Shown one piece after another: positions 51,037-63,225 of a stretch of DNA of 64,000 nt. The DNA is from Antedon mediterranea (taxonomy: Eukaryota; Animalia; Echinodermata), in assembly GCF_964355755.1 (NCBI RefSeq), contig NC_092675.1, positions 15,410,912-15,474,911 on the forward strand. The letters are read 5' to 3'. The notes below the pieces were generated by a model that saw only the letters and a list, made by a program, of their open reading frames with translations, was not told the origin of the DNA and did no database searches. Every line of letters starts with the position of its first letter. The stretch's first letter is position 1. The position numbers were made by a program, and so were the translations under genes.

Positions 51037-51116
<80 letters not shown>
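50620..51116 (-). repeat. Fourth, permuted copy of the tRNA-containing (TA)n-associated unit, followed by a long (TA)n
   Basis: Inverted end at ~50650-50690, tRNA-like 50691-50755 (3' acceptor truncated), upstream flank to ~50925, start of the next unit at 50936-51038, (TA)n at ~51041-51116. Confidence 0.9.
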
Positions 51117-51118
<2 letters not shown>

Positions 51119-52596
51119 GTTGCCCGTAAGCTCTGCTAACTTTTGTGGCTGTTTTACTTATCATTTTGATTTAGCTTTTTGCTTTTTTTTTGTATCTCCA
51201 TTGAGATCCAGCCACTGATACCAACAGCATTGTCATTTTTTTTAGTAATTTGCCTTTGGATTTATATATATTTTCTACTCTTTGTATCAATTTTGATCTG
51301 ATTTTGCTGTAATCCTGGAGGGTACTTTGGATAACTTTATACTATGACGTTATCCAAATTCTTTCACTTGCACTGATGAAGGGCTAGTGTTGCCCGAAAG
51401 CTCTTCTAACTTTTCTGGCTGTTTTACTTATCATTTTGATTTAGCTTTTCGCTTTATTTGTATCTCTATTGAGATCCAGCCACTGATACCCACAGCATTG
51501 TCATTTTTTCAGTAATTTGCCTTTGGATTACTGAAAAAATGACAATGCTGTGGGTATCAGTGGCCGACGGATGTATTTTAAATTACAAACAAAGGAGCCG
51601 ACGCATGTATTTTAAATTACAAACAAATTCCAGGCAAAACACCTACTAAAGCTCATTTACGTGAACTGGTCATGTTGATTTTAACCAACAACAATTTTAT
51701 TTTTGGGAAATGACCATTACCTTCAAATTCATGGCACAGCGATGGGCACAAAAATGGCGCCATCTTTTGCAAATTTATTTATGGGACAATTTGAAGCCAA
51801 TTTTCTGTCCCCCCAACCAAATAAACCACTTGATCTGGACCCATGGTGAAGATAATTTGGAATCTTTTCTTCTCAATATTAATTCAGCCCACCTAACTAT
51901 CAAATTTACAGCTACCAAATCCACTAGTAGCGTTGATTTTTTGGACACGATAGTGACCATAGAAAATGGTACACTCAAAACTGACCTATTCCGTAAACCC
52001 ACGGATAAAAATATGTACCTGCTCTCTAGCAGTTGTCACCCCCGACACTGTACTAAAAACATACCGTACAGTCAAGCATTACGTATCAGACGTATCCGTT
52101 CTTCAGATTTAGATTTTCAGAATCGTACTGAAGAACTAACCAGACATCTCCGGAATAGAAATTACAAGAAGGAATACATCGAAACTGCTATAAAGAAAGC
52201 AAAAGATATTCCTTGATGTCAAACACCGACGTACAAACCACGTCATCCAAAAAATTCGACCAGAGTGCCATTGGTCACAAACTATCACCCATTACGGGCT
52301 ATTATTGAGAAACATATGCCCATTCTACAGTCCACTCATTATTGCATTTTGTAGACCTCCCAACCTTCGTGATATATTAGTCAGATTCAAATTTAAGAGT
52401 GAAATTAACTCTCATGACAGCCAAAATTTGGGCAGTCACCTTTGCGGCAAATCTTGCAAAACTTGTTCATTGGTTGATTCTACTGACAAATTTGAGAGTA
52501 ACCAAACTGGCCGCATTTTTCGGATAAGACAATCAATTAATTGTCTAACCAAAAACGTCATTTATCTCATATACTGTAATATTTGTGGCACATTTT
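51117..52596 (+). mobile_element. Penelope-like element (Neptune-type), degraded and truncated
   Basis: [48 protein letters not shown], Cys-rich linker CGKSCKTC, start of GIY-YIG (NVIYLIYCNICG); tandem pseudo-LTRs at 51117-51264 and 51388-51530 and an inverted piece at 51528-51563. Confidence 0.92.
51368..51407 (+). ncRNA. Minimal type-I hammerhead ribozyme in the Penelope pseudo-LTR
   Basis: ttgca CTGATGA agggc tagtgtt gccc GAAA gct c t(t/g)c; palindromic stem III AGCT; partial second copy at 51118-51140. Confidence 0.8.
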
Positions 52597-52599
52597 AGA

Positions 52600-55595
52600 C
52601 GGCATCAGATGACGGCAGAGTGAACGGTCACGCGCTTTCTTAGCTCCCGAGTCTAGCATTTAACAATGAACCAAACTAGACAAACAAGGAAGAATGCGAG
52701 CCAAGCTGTACCGGACGACATTGACTTCGAAAGCTTTGTGAAACAGTCCCTCGAAAAGATTCTAAAGTCACAGGAAGCATTATAAACTAAATTATCGAAG
52801 TCTCAGACTTTAACGATAAACGAATAAAGGAACTAGAAAAGAAAGAAGCAGTTAAAGACAAGAAATGTAATGAATTGGAATTAAAACTAGAGCAAGTAAG
52901 TGGAGAACTAGAAAGGATTAAGCTTGAAACGAATAAAGCAGAACGGTTTTCCCGAAGAAACACTATAAGAATTATTGGTTTAAAGAAGAAAGAAGGAGAA
53001 AACTGCATTGAAAAAATGGAATCTTTTTTGAACGACACATTCAAAATTAAAGTAAACATATAACGGGCACACTGGGATGGAAAACCAAACGCCGACCACC
53101 AGCAACAAATGTTAGTGAAACTCCTATCATATAGAGAAAAGGTTTCCATCATGAAAGCCCGAAGGCAAGGCCTTAAAGACGAACCTATTTTTATCGTCGA
53201 CGACCTTACGACCATAGATTTGGCTGAAAAAAGAAAATGGAGTCGCGAAGTTCACAGCCTCTACCAGATCATCATAAATGGAGATTTCAATCACTGTACT
53301 CTAAAGTGTATATACAGAGTGTATACTACTATCAGCACGTCGCATGTAATACTAGGCTGAACAATAAACTAGACCTTTGCTATTCTAATAAAGAACGCTT
53401 ACATGTCTACCAAGTTGCCAGGATTGGGAGACCATAATCTGGTTATGTTACAACCAAGATACACCCCGCTCCACAATATGAGCATACCCAAAAAAATCAC
53501 CGTAAAGAGATGGACAAACGATGCGATGCTACAACTGCAAGGTGCACTAGAAGCAACTGATTGGGACTGTTTTAAAAACAATTGTAACTCCACACATGAT
53601 TTGACACAAACTGTAAGCGACTATATCTGTTTCTGTAGTAAATTAGTTATTCCTACAAAAGTAATTAAAGTGCACAGTAATAATAAACCGTGGATAACCA
53701 ACAGAGTTCGTGCAGTAATACATAAGAACAAAAAAAAAACAAATACAAATAAAAAATCGAAAGCCAGTTCACGAATAATAATATGAAGAATGTATGGGAA
53801 GGTATGAGACTTATGAGCGGTTTCAGAAATGCTAGCAAAGATTTTACAAGTTTGCCACAAATGTCCACTGAGTATGCTAATGAGCTTAATGTATTTTTTA
53901 ATCGATTCGATGATGCATATGATTTTACAAACGAGAGAGCTATCCGAAATCAAATGATAAACTGTTTAGAAGATGATGCAACTTTTGTAATCACAGAAAA
54001 TAATGTTAGGAAAAAAGTTTAAGAAATTAGATAAATCGAAATCAGCAGGCCCTGATAAAATTTCACCCCGTATTCTAAATTCATGTGCAGATCAGCTATG
54101 TAGTACCTTTTGTTCAATCTATAATATGTGTTTAGTCACTGAAGCTATCCCCTCCCTCTGGAAAATTTCATCCATCGTTCCCGTCCCTAAACGTAAACCT
54201 GTTAAATGCCTAAACGATCTTAGACCTATAGCGTTAACTTCTATAGCAATGAAAGTATTCGAGAGACGTGTCCTAAATGTATTCAATCCTATTATTTCGC
54301 CTTCCTTAGACCCTTTGCAATTCGCATATAGAAATAATCGTAGCACTAAAGATGGTGTATTATTTAAGCTAGACAAATTGTATTCACACCTTGGTAATGG
54401 TACACGTGGCAATTATGCCAGAATCATGTATTTTGATTTTAAATCCGCCTTCAATACCATTCAGCCACATTTATTAGTTGATAAATTGATTAAGTTAGAT
54501 GTGCCACGTGTCTTCATTGCACTTTTCTTTGATTTCATGACATGTCGTACACGGTTTGTTAGACTTGCTTCTCAGACCTTTTTAGACCTTATTTTCTCAA
54601 ATACGGGAGGACCTCAAGGGACAGTGTGGGCTTCTTTTATTTACTGTATTTATACATTTGATTACAGATCCACCTCGAGTTTATGTCCTCTAGTGAAATA
54701 TGCAGATGATTCTGCACAGATATGCCTCTTCTGAATTCAATGAATGGTTCTCTTCTGAAATACAAGGCTGAGATTGTGAGATTTGTTCAATATTCTAAGA
54801 AACATTTTTTTTTAAATACATGTAAGTAAAACGAAGGAAATGATAATTGATTTCCGGAAAAAGAAAGAGCATCATGAACCAATATCTATACTAGACGATA
54901 ATGTCGAAGTGGTTTGTACCTTTAAATATTTAGGCATCACATTTAACAATACATTGACCCGGTCTGATCATATTGACACCTTGATAAAAAAGATGAATAG
55001 CAGGCTATATTGCCTTAGGAAGATGAATAATTTCAATGTGGACAAGAAGATCCTAATATTTGTTATAATGCTGTAATCTGCCGTGTCTGGTTGTATTGTA
55101 TAACAGCGTGGGGCGGTAATGTCGGGAAGGGAGATAAAAGTAGAATTGAAAGAATAGGAAGGAAGGTAGAGAGGATGGTCGGTCAGGGGCGGAGGTCGGT
55201 TGATGATGTCTATCACGACTGCGCCTTGCGTAAATTTGTGTCTGTCACGAAAGATGAAAGTCATCCTCTTTTCGAGAGGATAAACTGTCACCTGAATGTG
55301 ACAAGTGGTAGATATCGTCTGCCGGCCTCCCGCACTGAACGATATCTTCTCTCCTTCCTTTCACAAGCCATTAAACTTTTTAACAAAAATCACAAGCGAT
55401 GAAATAGTTATATAATTATAATACAAATATACTGTATACTGTAAATAGTTCTGCATTTTATTGTTTATATATAAATCTGTCGAGTATGTTTTTTTAGTAA
55501 TGTAATTTCAATTGTTGTAATGTAATTTTTAATGCAAGCAATGGAATTTCCAGAAATGGATGAGAATAAAGTATGGATCTATGAATCTATGAATC
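52600..55595 (+). mobile_element. Rex1/Babar-like LINE with L1-type coiled-coil ORF1 and a deleted ORF1/endonuclease junction
   Basis: ORF1 RRNTIRIIGL; jump to IIINGDFNH near 53268; KSAGPDKI, LNDLRPIALTS, DPLQFAYR, DFKSAFNTIQP, KYADDS, MIIDFRK; AATAAA plus (TCTATGAA)n tail. Confidence 0.88.
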
Positions 55596-56393
55596 TAGAC
55601 AGGAGTTAAACTTCGATTTGTAGCGGGGAAATGGCGAAATGGAGGAGTCGCCTATACATTAAAAAAAAAAAACGAGTAGGCGAGTTGAGTTTGTGTTCAC
55701 AACTAGAAACTTTATTTGTATTGACTATTATTCCTTTAATTAGACAATTATTTTACAAACTAATTTTAGGCCTTACTTTACTTAAAATTTATATTTACGA
55801 CTCGGGAGTTAAAATTCAGCACGCCGCCATTTTATGGCTTTGTTTGAATCCCAGGTGTGTCACTACGGTATCGGTATGTTAGTATTTGTCTCTAATTTAC
55901 ATAACTACTCTTGTTTTTTTATTTTTGATTACTTTACTTTTTATTTATCTACTTCTCTGTGATTTATACTTATTATTTCCTCACAAAATCCAGACTCTTG
56001 TTATTCCATATATGTATTGTATATTAAATATCCGCATAAGTTGTTTTTTCGTAATGACTCTTTGAAATTCATGACAGTTTGATTTTATATAATATACTTT
56101 TATCTTGTTTATTTTGCTTTTACTTCTTAAAGCATGATGATAATAATTGTGTTTTAGTTCTATTTGTTTTAATAGTTTGAGTTGATTATGAAATAAGCAC
56201 TTATCACTAGTAGTACAGGGCAATCATAATACATTGAATTTATAAGTATTTAATCAATTAATTAAATGTATTGAAATATAACTGTAGATATGTATTCTAT
56301 TCTATAAACAATATACAGCATTATTAGACAATATTTTATTCGTAAAACAGCACTAATTGGTTTGATATCCGAACTTATATTATTGTTACAGGT

Positions 56394-56534
56394 TCATGTT
56401 GTTCCTTTGTATTTGACGTCTTTTTCCCATTTAATATGCGGTTTATTCGAGCATGGAAGCATGATTACATGATCAGCATCAGTTGTTGGAAGGGCCAGGC
56501 ATTTTCCGCTGATTTTATGAACAATGTGCATAAC
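56394..56534 (-). CDS. GALNT last coding exon (VMHIVHKISGKCLAL...PCSNKPHIKWEKDVKYKGTT*)
   Basis: ttgtag acceptor; I.H..SGKCL gamma repeat; TGA at 56394-56396. Confidence 0.88.
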   Translation of the reverse strand, partial: VMHIVHKISGKCLALPTTDADHVIMLPCSNKPHIKWEKDVKYKGTT

Positions 56535-56860
56535 CTACAATGTAAAAATAGAAGATATACCGCTACATAACATTTTAAAGAAAGAAAGTAATGTTGGACT
56601 TATTGAATTGAGATAGTACGTCATCTTATGTCACCTGGAGCTATTATATTATAATGTTTATAAAACCGTTAGAACGAGCTAATTTCGATTTGCATCCACA
56701 TGAAGAAGTTCTCGCACAACAGTGTGGTGTTTTAAGTCACGTGGTGCACGTGTGTCCAGAAATCGTTTTCCCTCCCGACAAAAAAATGTGTAGACATTGC
56801 TTTTGTGATTTTGAAATCAGTACACTCTATATAAATCGATTTGTTTTCAAAGATACTTAC

Positions 56861-56995
56861 CTTGTCTCTATACTCCCAAACTTGATTTCCGCCATTTTTA
56901 TGACAGTTTAACATTACTATTTTAGAATCACTTATTGAGTAATCTAGGCAAAGAGTCTTCTGCATTAGCTCCCCTTGTGCGGTCATTACAAATAA
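56861..56995 (-). CDS. GALNT ricin-B beta repeat exon (LFVMTAQGELMQKTLCLD...CHKNGGNQVWEYRDK)
   Basis: 135 nt; CLD..CH..GGNQxW; gtaagt donor. Confidence 0.9.
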
Positions 56996-57238
56996 CTTAA
57001 GAAAATGAGGAAAATAAAAAAAAACAATATTTTTTAATAATGGTCATGATCACCAGATCATGTAATTGTCATTGAGCAGTAATCGCCTAACCTCTTAAAC
57101 TAATTGTCTAATTCAACTTTGTTGTATACTCGTTTTCATTAGGTGCACAAAATCAGTGCAAACTTTCTCAACTTTTGATTGAAAATTACGTGCGATTTTC
57201 ATTTACTAATACTACTAAAATGTATAATAGAGTCCTAC

Positions 57239-57337
57239 CTGTGTTGTCTTGGAATATTCATTAACGCAATTATATCCTGTGACAGTGTGTTTTACTGCAC
57301 CGGTGTCAAGACACATTTTCTTGTGAACATTCATAAA
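57239..57337 (-). CDS. GALNT ricin-B lectin alpha repeat exon (FMNVHKKMCLDTG...YNCVNEYSKTTQ)
   Basis: 99 nt, phase 0/0; CLD motif. Confidence 0.85.
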
Positions 57338-58137
57338 CTACAATAGAACAGAATAAACAAACAGTGTTAAAATTACAGTAAAATAAAACATTATGATTAT
57401 AATTATTATTCTCATGGTCGCCATGTAGCCAAATATCTAGCTCAACAAAAATGTTTATTTTTTATGTTTTTGAATTTGGTATGTATTCCGTAAAAATTCT
57501 TTATATTTAGCTATAAGTGACAGTGTTCAATGCCAAAATCGGCTGATAATTTAATAGATATTAAAGATTACAAGTTAGAGAATTATATTACGATCTATGT
57601 ATGGGAGACAAGTAAGTTAGTAAGTCACAACTAAAATACAGGTAAAATCATTGTTCCTCCTATACATTTTAGTGCAAAATACCGCCACTGACAATCAATT
57701 GGAGTTATGCAGATCACGATATAGTGTGCCGCATTCTCTGAGTAGCAAAAATCGAATTGGGTTAGCAACACATTTCTATTTTGCGAACAGAATGGTCGTG
57801 TTTCGGCCTCTTTAACCACGCATCCTCTCTGTTAATACAAATTTTAAGTTAAGACAAATCTTTCCCTCAAGCCCAATTTTCTGTCATTTTATGGAATTAA
57901 GGGCTATTTTGTCTCTGCTGAGCATCCCTGTGATGTCTACTTCGAATTGGAAAATAATTACGGTAGTATATACATTATAATTGGGGTTTTATGGGTGAAT
58001 GTTCATTTACTAATTAAACTATTTAAGCCAGAACTTATGCTGTATGCTTTTTAATTTTTAGTATGAGTTTAATTGCCGCAGTTTCTGAGTAGCAAAATAG
58101 TGTTTCTTGAATCTTTAATTACTAAATGTTCACTTAC

Positions 58138-58266
58138 CCTTCCAATAAAATGATAGTCTAAAGGATAAACTGACTGAGGATAAACATTTTTCAGATACCA
58201 CTTAAACGATTTGCATCCAAGTTTATGACGAAGTTCTTTACGTTTATCTACATTTCCAAAATCAAC
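58138..58266 (-). CDS. GALNT exon ([30 protein letters not shown]...)
   Basis: R..LR..L.CKSF.WYL.NVYP motif; ttttcag acceptor and gtaagt donor. Confidence 0.95.
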
Positions 58267-58664
58267 CTGAAAATGAAGTAAAAATATAAGTTGGAAATTT
58301 GAAATATCCTATGATTAACTTCAATGACGGTTATCCATGTTATTTAATTTGTTGCGGTGATTGTTTAATTTAATACAGTGCTTCTAAACTGTTGTCGAGT
58401 TAATTTGCGTGATTAAAAAAAAATATGTTGCAAAATTATGTAATTACATGATTTTATTTTATTATTATTTGTTATTTTAAGTGACTTATATGATTTTATC
58501 GCGTAGCTAGTTTTAATTTTTGCGATTTATTCTTAAATTGTGTAAACCTACAATTTTTGTTGGTATCCAAAGTTAGGGACTTAATTAATATTAAAGTAAT
58601 AGGCGTGAAAGGTATATTTTGGCATAACGGTATATCATTAACTTAGACAAAATAATAGTAATAC

Positions 58665-58853
58665 CTCTCGTTTTCCTGGATTGTAGGCATAATACAAATC
58701 TTTATAGTCGTCCAAAAATACTTCGACAACTCTTAGTACATTACGCTCAATCGAATTCATATTACTTTTATCAAAATACGGTGATTTTTTTCTAAAAATA
58801 TGACCAACATGAGAACAAGGAACAACCTCTATGACTCCTCCACATTGCCATAC
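58665..58853 (-). CDS. GALNT exon (VWQCGGVIEVVPCSHVGHIFRKKSPY...NVLRVVEVFLDDYKDLYY..)
   Basis: PCSHVGHIFR motif; 189 nt, phase 0/0, AG/GT. Confidence 0.95.
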
Positions 58854-59006
58854 CTGTAGAAGCAGATTTTAAAGTTTTTTTTTACTACAAGAAAATCATT
58901 AAAAAACATACTTAAAAAACATAATTTTCTGAAATATGAATTGTATCAAGTGGTACGTAATTATTGTGAAGATGAAATTGAATAAATTAAACTGAATCCG
59001 ACAAAC

Positions 59007-59124
59007 CTTGAACGAGAGTTCTAGGTTTTCACTTCCCCATATTTCAAAGCCATCGTCGTACATACCAAGGTGCATGAAAAAGTCCCGATGAATAGAAAAA
59101 AGGCCACCTGCCATTGTCGGCGAT
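59007..59124 (-). CDS. Polypeptide N-acetylgalactosaminyltransferase exon ([39 protein letters not shown])
   Basis: Gal/GalNAc-T motif; cttcag acceptor and gtttgt donor. Confidence 0.95.
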
Positions 59125-59462
59125 CTGAAGATATAATTATATATTTAACATTAATCATGTTAATGTGTTAGTATGTTGTCTGGCCGATACGCTTGACCCA
59201 TAAATTATAATGGAAATAATAAAAATTGTACATTTTCAAAAGGTTAAAATGTATATTAATAAAATTAGTACTATATACAATATTTATATTATTTAAAACA
59301 ATCAATATATTAAAAACAGACATGAATACTACAGAGATACAACATTTTAAAAGCAATATCAAAAATACTATAAACATTACTTTATACTGGTAAAAAAAAT
59401 TTAAAATGCTAACTTTACTATGCTCAAATTGATTCAATTTAGATTATTCAGCGTTATACAAC

Positions 59463-59512
59463 CTGATCGTATCAGTATGCCTATCTTTTATATCTCTCGG
59501 TTCTACATCTGA
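59463..59512 (-). CDS. GALNT, 3' remnant of an exon (SDVEPRDIKDRHTDTIR) abutting a transposon end
   Basis: Ends ATC AG|gt in phase 2, giving ..[11 protein letters not shown] with the next exon; sequence further 5' does not give the expected GGFDW..F.W. Confidence 0.65.
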
Positions 59513-60021
59513 TAGATCTATACAGATCATTTCTCTCGAAGCGCATTTTACGGGTGTTTTACGTCTTTCTGAATATTAGTGGTTTTAGATTTAATACATT
59601 TATGACATAGGCCTATTTTCCTTCAGCGAATAATTAATTTCTGTGATTAGTCCACATTTCTTCACGATGCGTTGGATCAAGTAGAGAATCGATCTTGCAA
59701 CCCTATGGCCATTGCCTCTGAGCCATCCAGCTCGTTGATCCAATTGGGTTTTACTTTGTATATGAATGAATAAAACATACATTATACGTAAGCATTTTAA
59801 TTGACCAATCAAAACAGGGTTGACACCTTTTCTTGAACTTTGTTTAGGTGACATTTCTGAGCATCCCAATGCTTCCGAAGACGTTGTTTCCGAAGACATG
59901 CCGAAGATGACGTTCTTGGTGACGTCACAGGTCTTTTAAATAAAATCAGAAAAAGTTTTGGCTCAGATATACTATTTCGTAGTATGTTTGTCAGCGTTTC
60001 CAACCCTCTTGAAACCATTCT

Positions 60022-60290
60022 AAAGGCCAATTTACACAGACGAGCGGTAACCGTAAGCGGTAAAGTTGAGCGGAAAACGCAAAAATAGAATCTATGTTAT
60101 TTCTTATGACCATTTACACAGAACGCGGAGCGAACGAGCGGTTGAGCGGAAATCCGCTCAGCATCGAAACAGATTCGATTTTGTGAAAATACCGCGCGGT
60201 ATTTATGGATTCTGGCCAACCAACGACATGATTGATATGACGTCATCTATCAACAACTTTTTTTTGCGTCCGTCGAGTGAAAGACGACAA
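60022..60290. mobile_element. Harbinger-like MITE fragment
   Basis: taaaggccaatttacacagacgagcgg... with an internal repeat of catttacacaga..agcgg; matching right TIR not found. Confidence 0.4.
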
Positions 60291-60314
60291 TATATATAGA
60301 CCGGGCGCCCAGAA

Positions 60315-61110
60315 GATTTATTCATGTGAAAAGCCACAAAAGGTCTGTTGGGCTGATTATGTAGATATATGGCCAAGATTTAATAATCAATATTGCTGCC
60401 GGGTCCTATCCTGTAAATTTACCCTGGGGACACCAAATAGGAGGGGTAAAAAATGGATTTAATCATGTGAAAAGCCACACGGATAAAAGTTGTTGGACAT
60501 TGTTCCCATATGTGTATACAATGTTAAAACAGCAATGACAGCAACTTTATCCTGTAAGTTGCCCGAGACAGTAGCCCCAAGTGACCACTAAAAAATGGTG
60601 TTATTCATGTCAAGAGCCACACGGCTAATTCCTTTTGCATTGCAACTGTTACACATTGGGGTGCACAAAAATATCATTGACAGTAACTTTATCCTGTAAG
60701 TTGCCCCAAACAGTAGCCCTAGACAGTTGCCCAGAAATGCCCGTTGGGCTATACAAAATTTAATCACACGAAGAGCCACACGGCCAATTCCTTTTTTATT
60801 GGAACTGTTACGTCTTGGGATAGACGAAAATACCGATGACAGCAACTTTATCCTGTAAGTTTCCCCAGACAGTAGCCCCAGACAGTAGCCCATAAATGCC
60901 CGTTGGGTCTGGGCCTAAAAGATTTAATCACACGAAGAGCCACACAGTCAATTCCTTTTTTATTGCGTCTTGGGATAGACGAAACTACTCATGACAGCAA
61001 CTTTATCTTGTAGGTTTCCCCAGACAGTAGCCCCAGACAGTAGCCACACGGCCAATTCCCTTTTTATTGGAATTTTTATGACTTGAAATATACGAATGTA
61101 TTCACGACAG
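60315..61110. repeat. Degenerate 140-165-bp tandem repeats (about 6) inside the Academ element
   Basis: Recurring a(a/g)agccacacgg...gacagcaactttatcctgtaagtt(g/t)cccc...acagtagcccc. Confidence 0.85.
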
Positions 61111-62766
61111 CACGTCGGCGGCAGGCTCCTTAACTTCAAGTTTACCCATCAAGTTACAATTTACATTTACCACCATGTGACACGAATACGGTTTTGTCAC
61201 CTATTATTGGACCATATTGATCATTCTGGACATCGTTTATAAGAAACTGTGCTAGAGCTTCCTTAAATTCTCCATTCTTTAATAGATCTATATACCTTTC
61301 TTTTGCTGTTGCTGATCCGCTCCAGTTATAATGAATGTGTTCTTGGCGTTCTACTCTGTACCTCTCTTTAATCTTTCGACATCTTTTATTGATTGTTCTA
61401 TATATTTGTCCAGCAACATGAGAATAGAATTTTCCAATGGCTAAAGATACCTTAATCATGATATCTGCAACGATTTTCCCATTATGTAGACACATTATGA
61501 CGAGGTAAAATTTCATGCAGAACAAGTCCGCCATCAAAGAGAGTTGTGTCGGTCGCAGGAATATCTTTCTTATGTGAACCAGATTGTCTTGTTTCTAAAA
61601 TCTTCGCAAAAATTGCCTTCTCTGTTTTTGTTGGAGTACCAACGAATGTGCAATGGAGCTAGTGGTATTTCAGTGATCGTTAGTACATACTGTAATGCAA
61701 ATCTGTAGTCGTCTTTGATAACAAGTATCCAAAAGCATCACGAACACCTTCAGCTGCACCAAGAGCTTTGTTGCATTTAACGATTTCTTCTTCATGTTTG
61801 AAGCAGTAAAATTGCGTACCTTTATACGCTTTACCGTCTTTAATAATCTTGTTTCGTCTGAAACACATTCTTTGTAAAATAGCTGCCGTGATAGGGCTCC
61901 TCTCTGTAGTGTTCCTAGCAAATATGTACTAGTTATGTCATTTACAGCTTTACCTGTAGCAATATTTACTAATGTGGTTGGTGAATTAGTGGGGAATGGA
62001 TTGCATGTACTATTTAGCTTAATGAGAAACTTGTCTACATCATTATTATCTCTCTCAATCCTCCGTCGACGTAACTGGTTAGCTGGTGTTTCACCGGGTT
62101 GAATTCCACTCATGGACTTCATTTCAGACACAGGCATACTCCGTTGAGTGAGACTTACGCAACAACGACGAAATGCACTCTCTGAGTTCGCAAAAGCTGT
62201 ATTTCCAGTTGCCGATGACGCAGCATCTCTGTTAACAGTTTGCTCTAATGTAAGATCTACGTTTTTTCGTTCGTCGTGTTGAAAAAGCACCGGCTTTTAA
62301 AACATCTAATGCTGCAGAGTCCAAATTCTTCATTTTTTTCAATAAAAAGTGACCCCCAACGAGCATAATTTGGCCGGTTCAGATTTCAACCAAATACGGT
62401 AGTACATTAATGTACAGAACCACATCATTCGTTATTACTGCACGCGCTGGAATTGACGATACAAGCGGTTGATCAGGTACACGTATAGCCCAATATGCGG
62501 CAGTGTTGCCAAATTCACCCTTTATAGGTACGATGTAAAAATTCTTCATATTCATTAAGAAGTATTAAGAATTCGTCACTGTCGGCAATTTGATTAGGCG
62601 CATTTATGTCGTCCGTTGGTATTGCTCGAACACTTTGTAGCAAAGTATCATCTTTCATAAAGTAGGTACCCAGGAATCGCTTAAACAATTCTTTCTCAAA
62701 GGCCATAGCAATGATTTGATGTATTCTGGTGCATCGGTTGTATAATTTACCATGGATGAAACCATT

Positions 62767-63032
62767 ATCAATCAATCAATCAATCAATCAAATCAATCAA
62801 AGTAACATTTATTTCTCTTCTTTTCTTTCATAGAATATAAAATTAACAGTAAATATGATTAAAATAAGAGGGGCAAGATTCCAAAAAAAGCGAAGCTTGT
62901 ATAAGGCAGCCCATAAAAACTGAAACAAAAAAAAACAAACAAAAAACAGGACAACACGGGAACCGGAAACAGGACAAAAACAGTAATGAAGACTTTTAGT
63001 TTCAGGGTACCGAAAAGACTAAATAAAGTCTT
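62767..63032 (-). mobile_element. Short LINE 3' tail with (ATTG)n, inserted in the Academ ORF
   Basis: Removal rejoins ILAERSL-NGFIHGKLYNRC; (CAAT)n at 62767-62800. Confidence 0.75.
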
Positions 63033-63225
63033 AAGTGACCTCTCTGCCAGTATACCCGATTCAGTTAGAATATATTCGATCCCAGAATCAGAAATGTATG
63101 TTCCAACCGCTCCAAAAAAAGCCCCTTCGATATGAAAATGACCAAGTAAAATTACAAGTCTATCAAAAGCTTTAAGTGCCACGTCACTGGATGATACGGC
63201 ATTTTTGTCTCATCTGCAACTTTAA

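Larger units (their letters stand above)
59513..63225 (-). mobile_element. Academ (AcademX-like) DNA transposon, degraded transposase/XPG-like ORF; left part of the element
   Basis: FDRLVILLGHFHIEGAFFGAVGTYISDSGIE..L.ESG, GFIHGKLYNRCTRIHQ, VDLTLEQTVNRDAAS, LVNIATGKA and KEALAQFL motifs at 61154-63220; candidate terminus TAG at 59513. Confidence 0.75.

Noticed and set aside
52214-52216. In-frame TGA in the Penelope ORF as selenocysteine (known for some PLE clades)
   Set aside because: The position usually holds Arg (IPR), so CGA>TGA decay is simpler, and the copy has other frameshifts and deletions.
61154-63182. Host gene encoding an uncharacterised protein
   Set aside because: Intronless, frameshifted, interrupted by other TEs and bearing transposase-family motifs; treated as an Academ relic.
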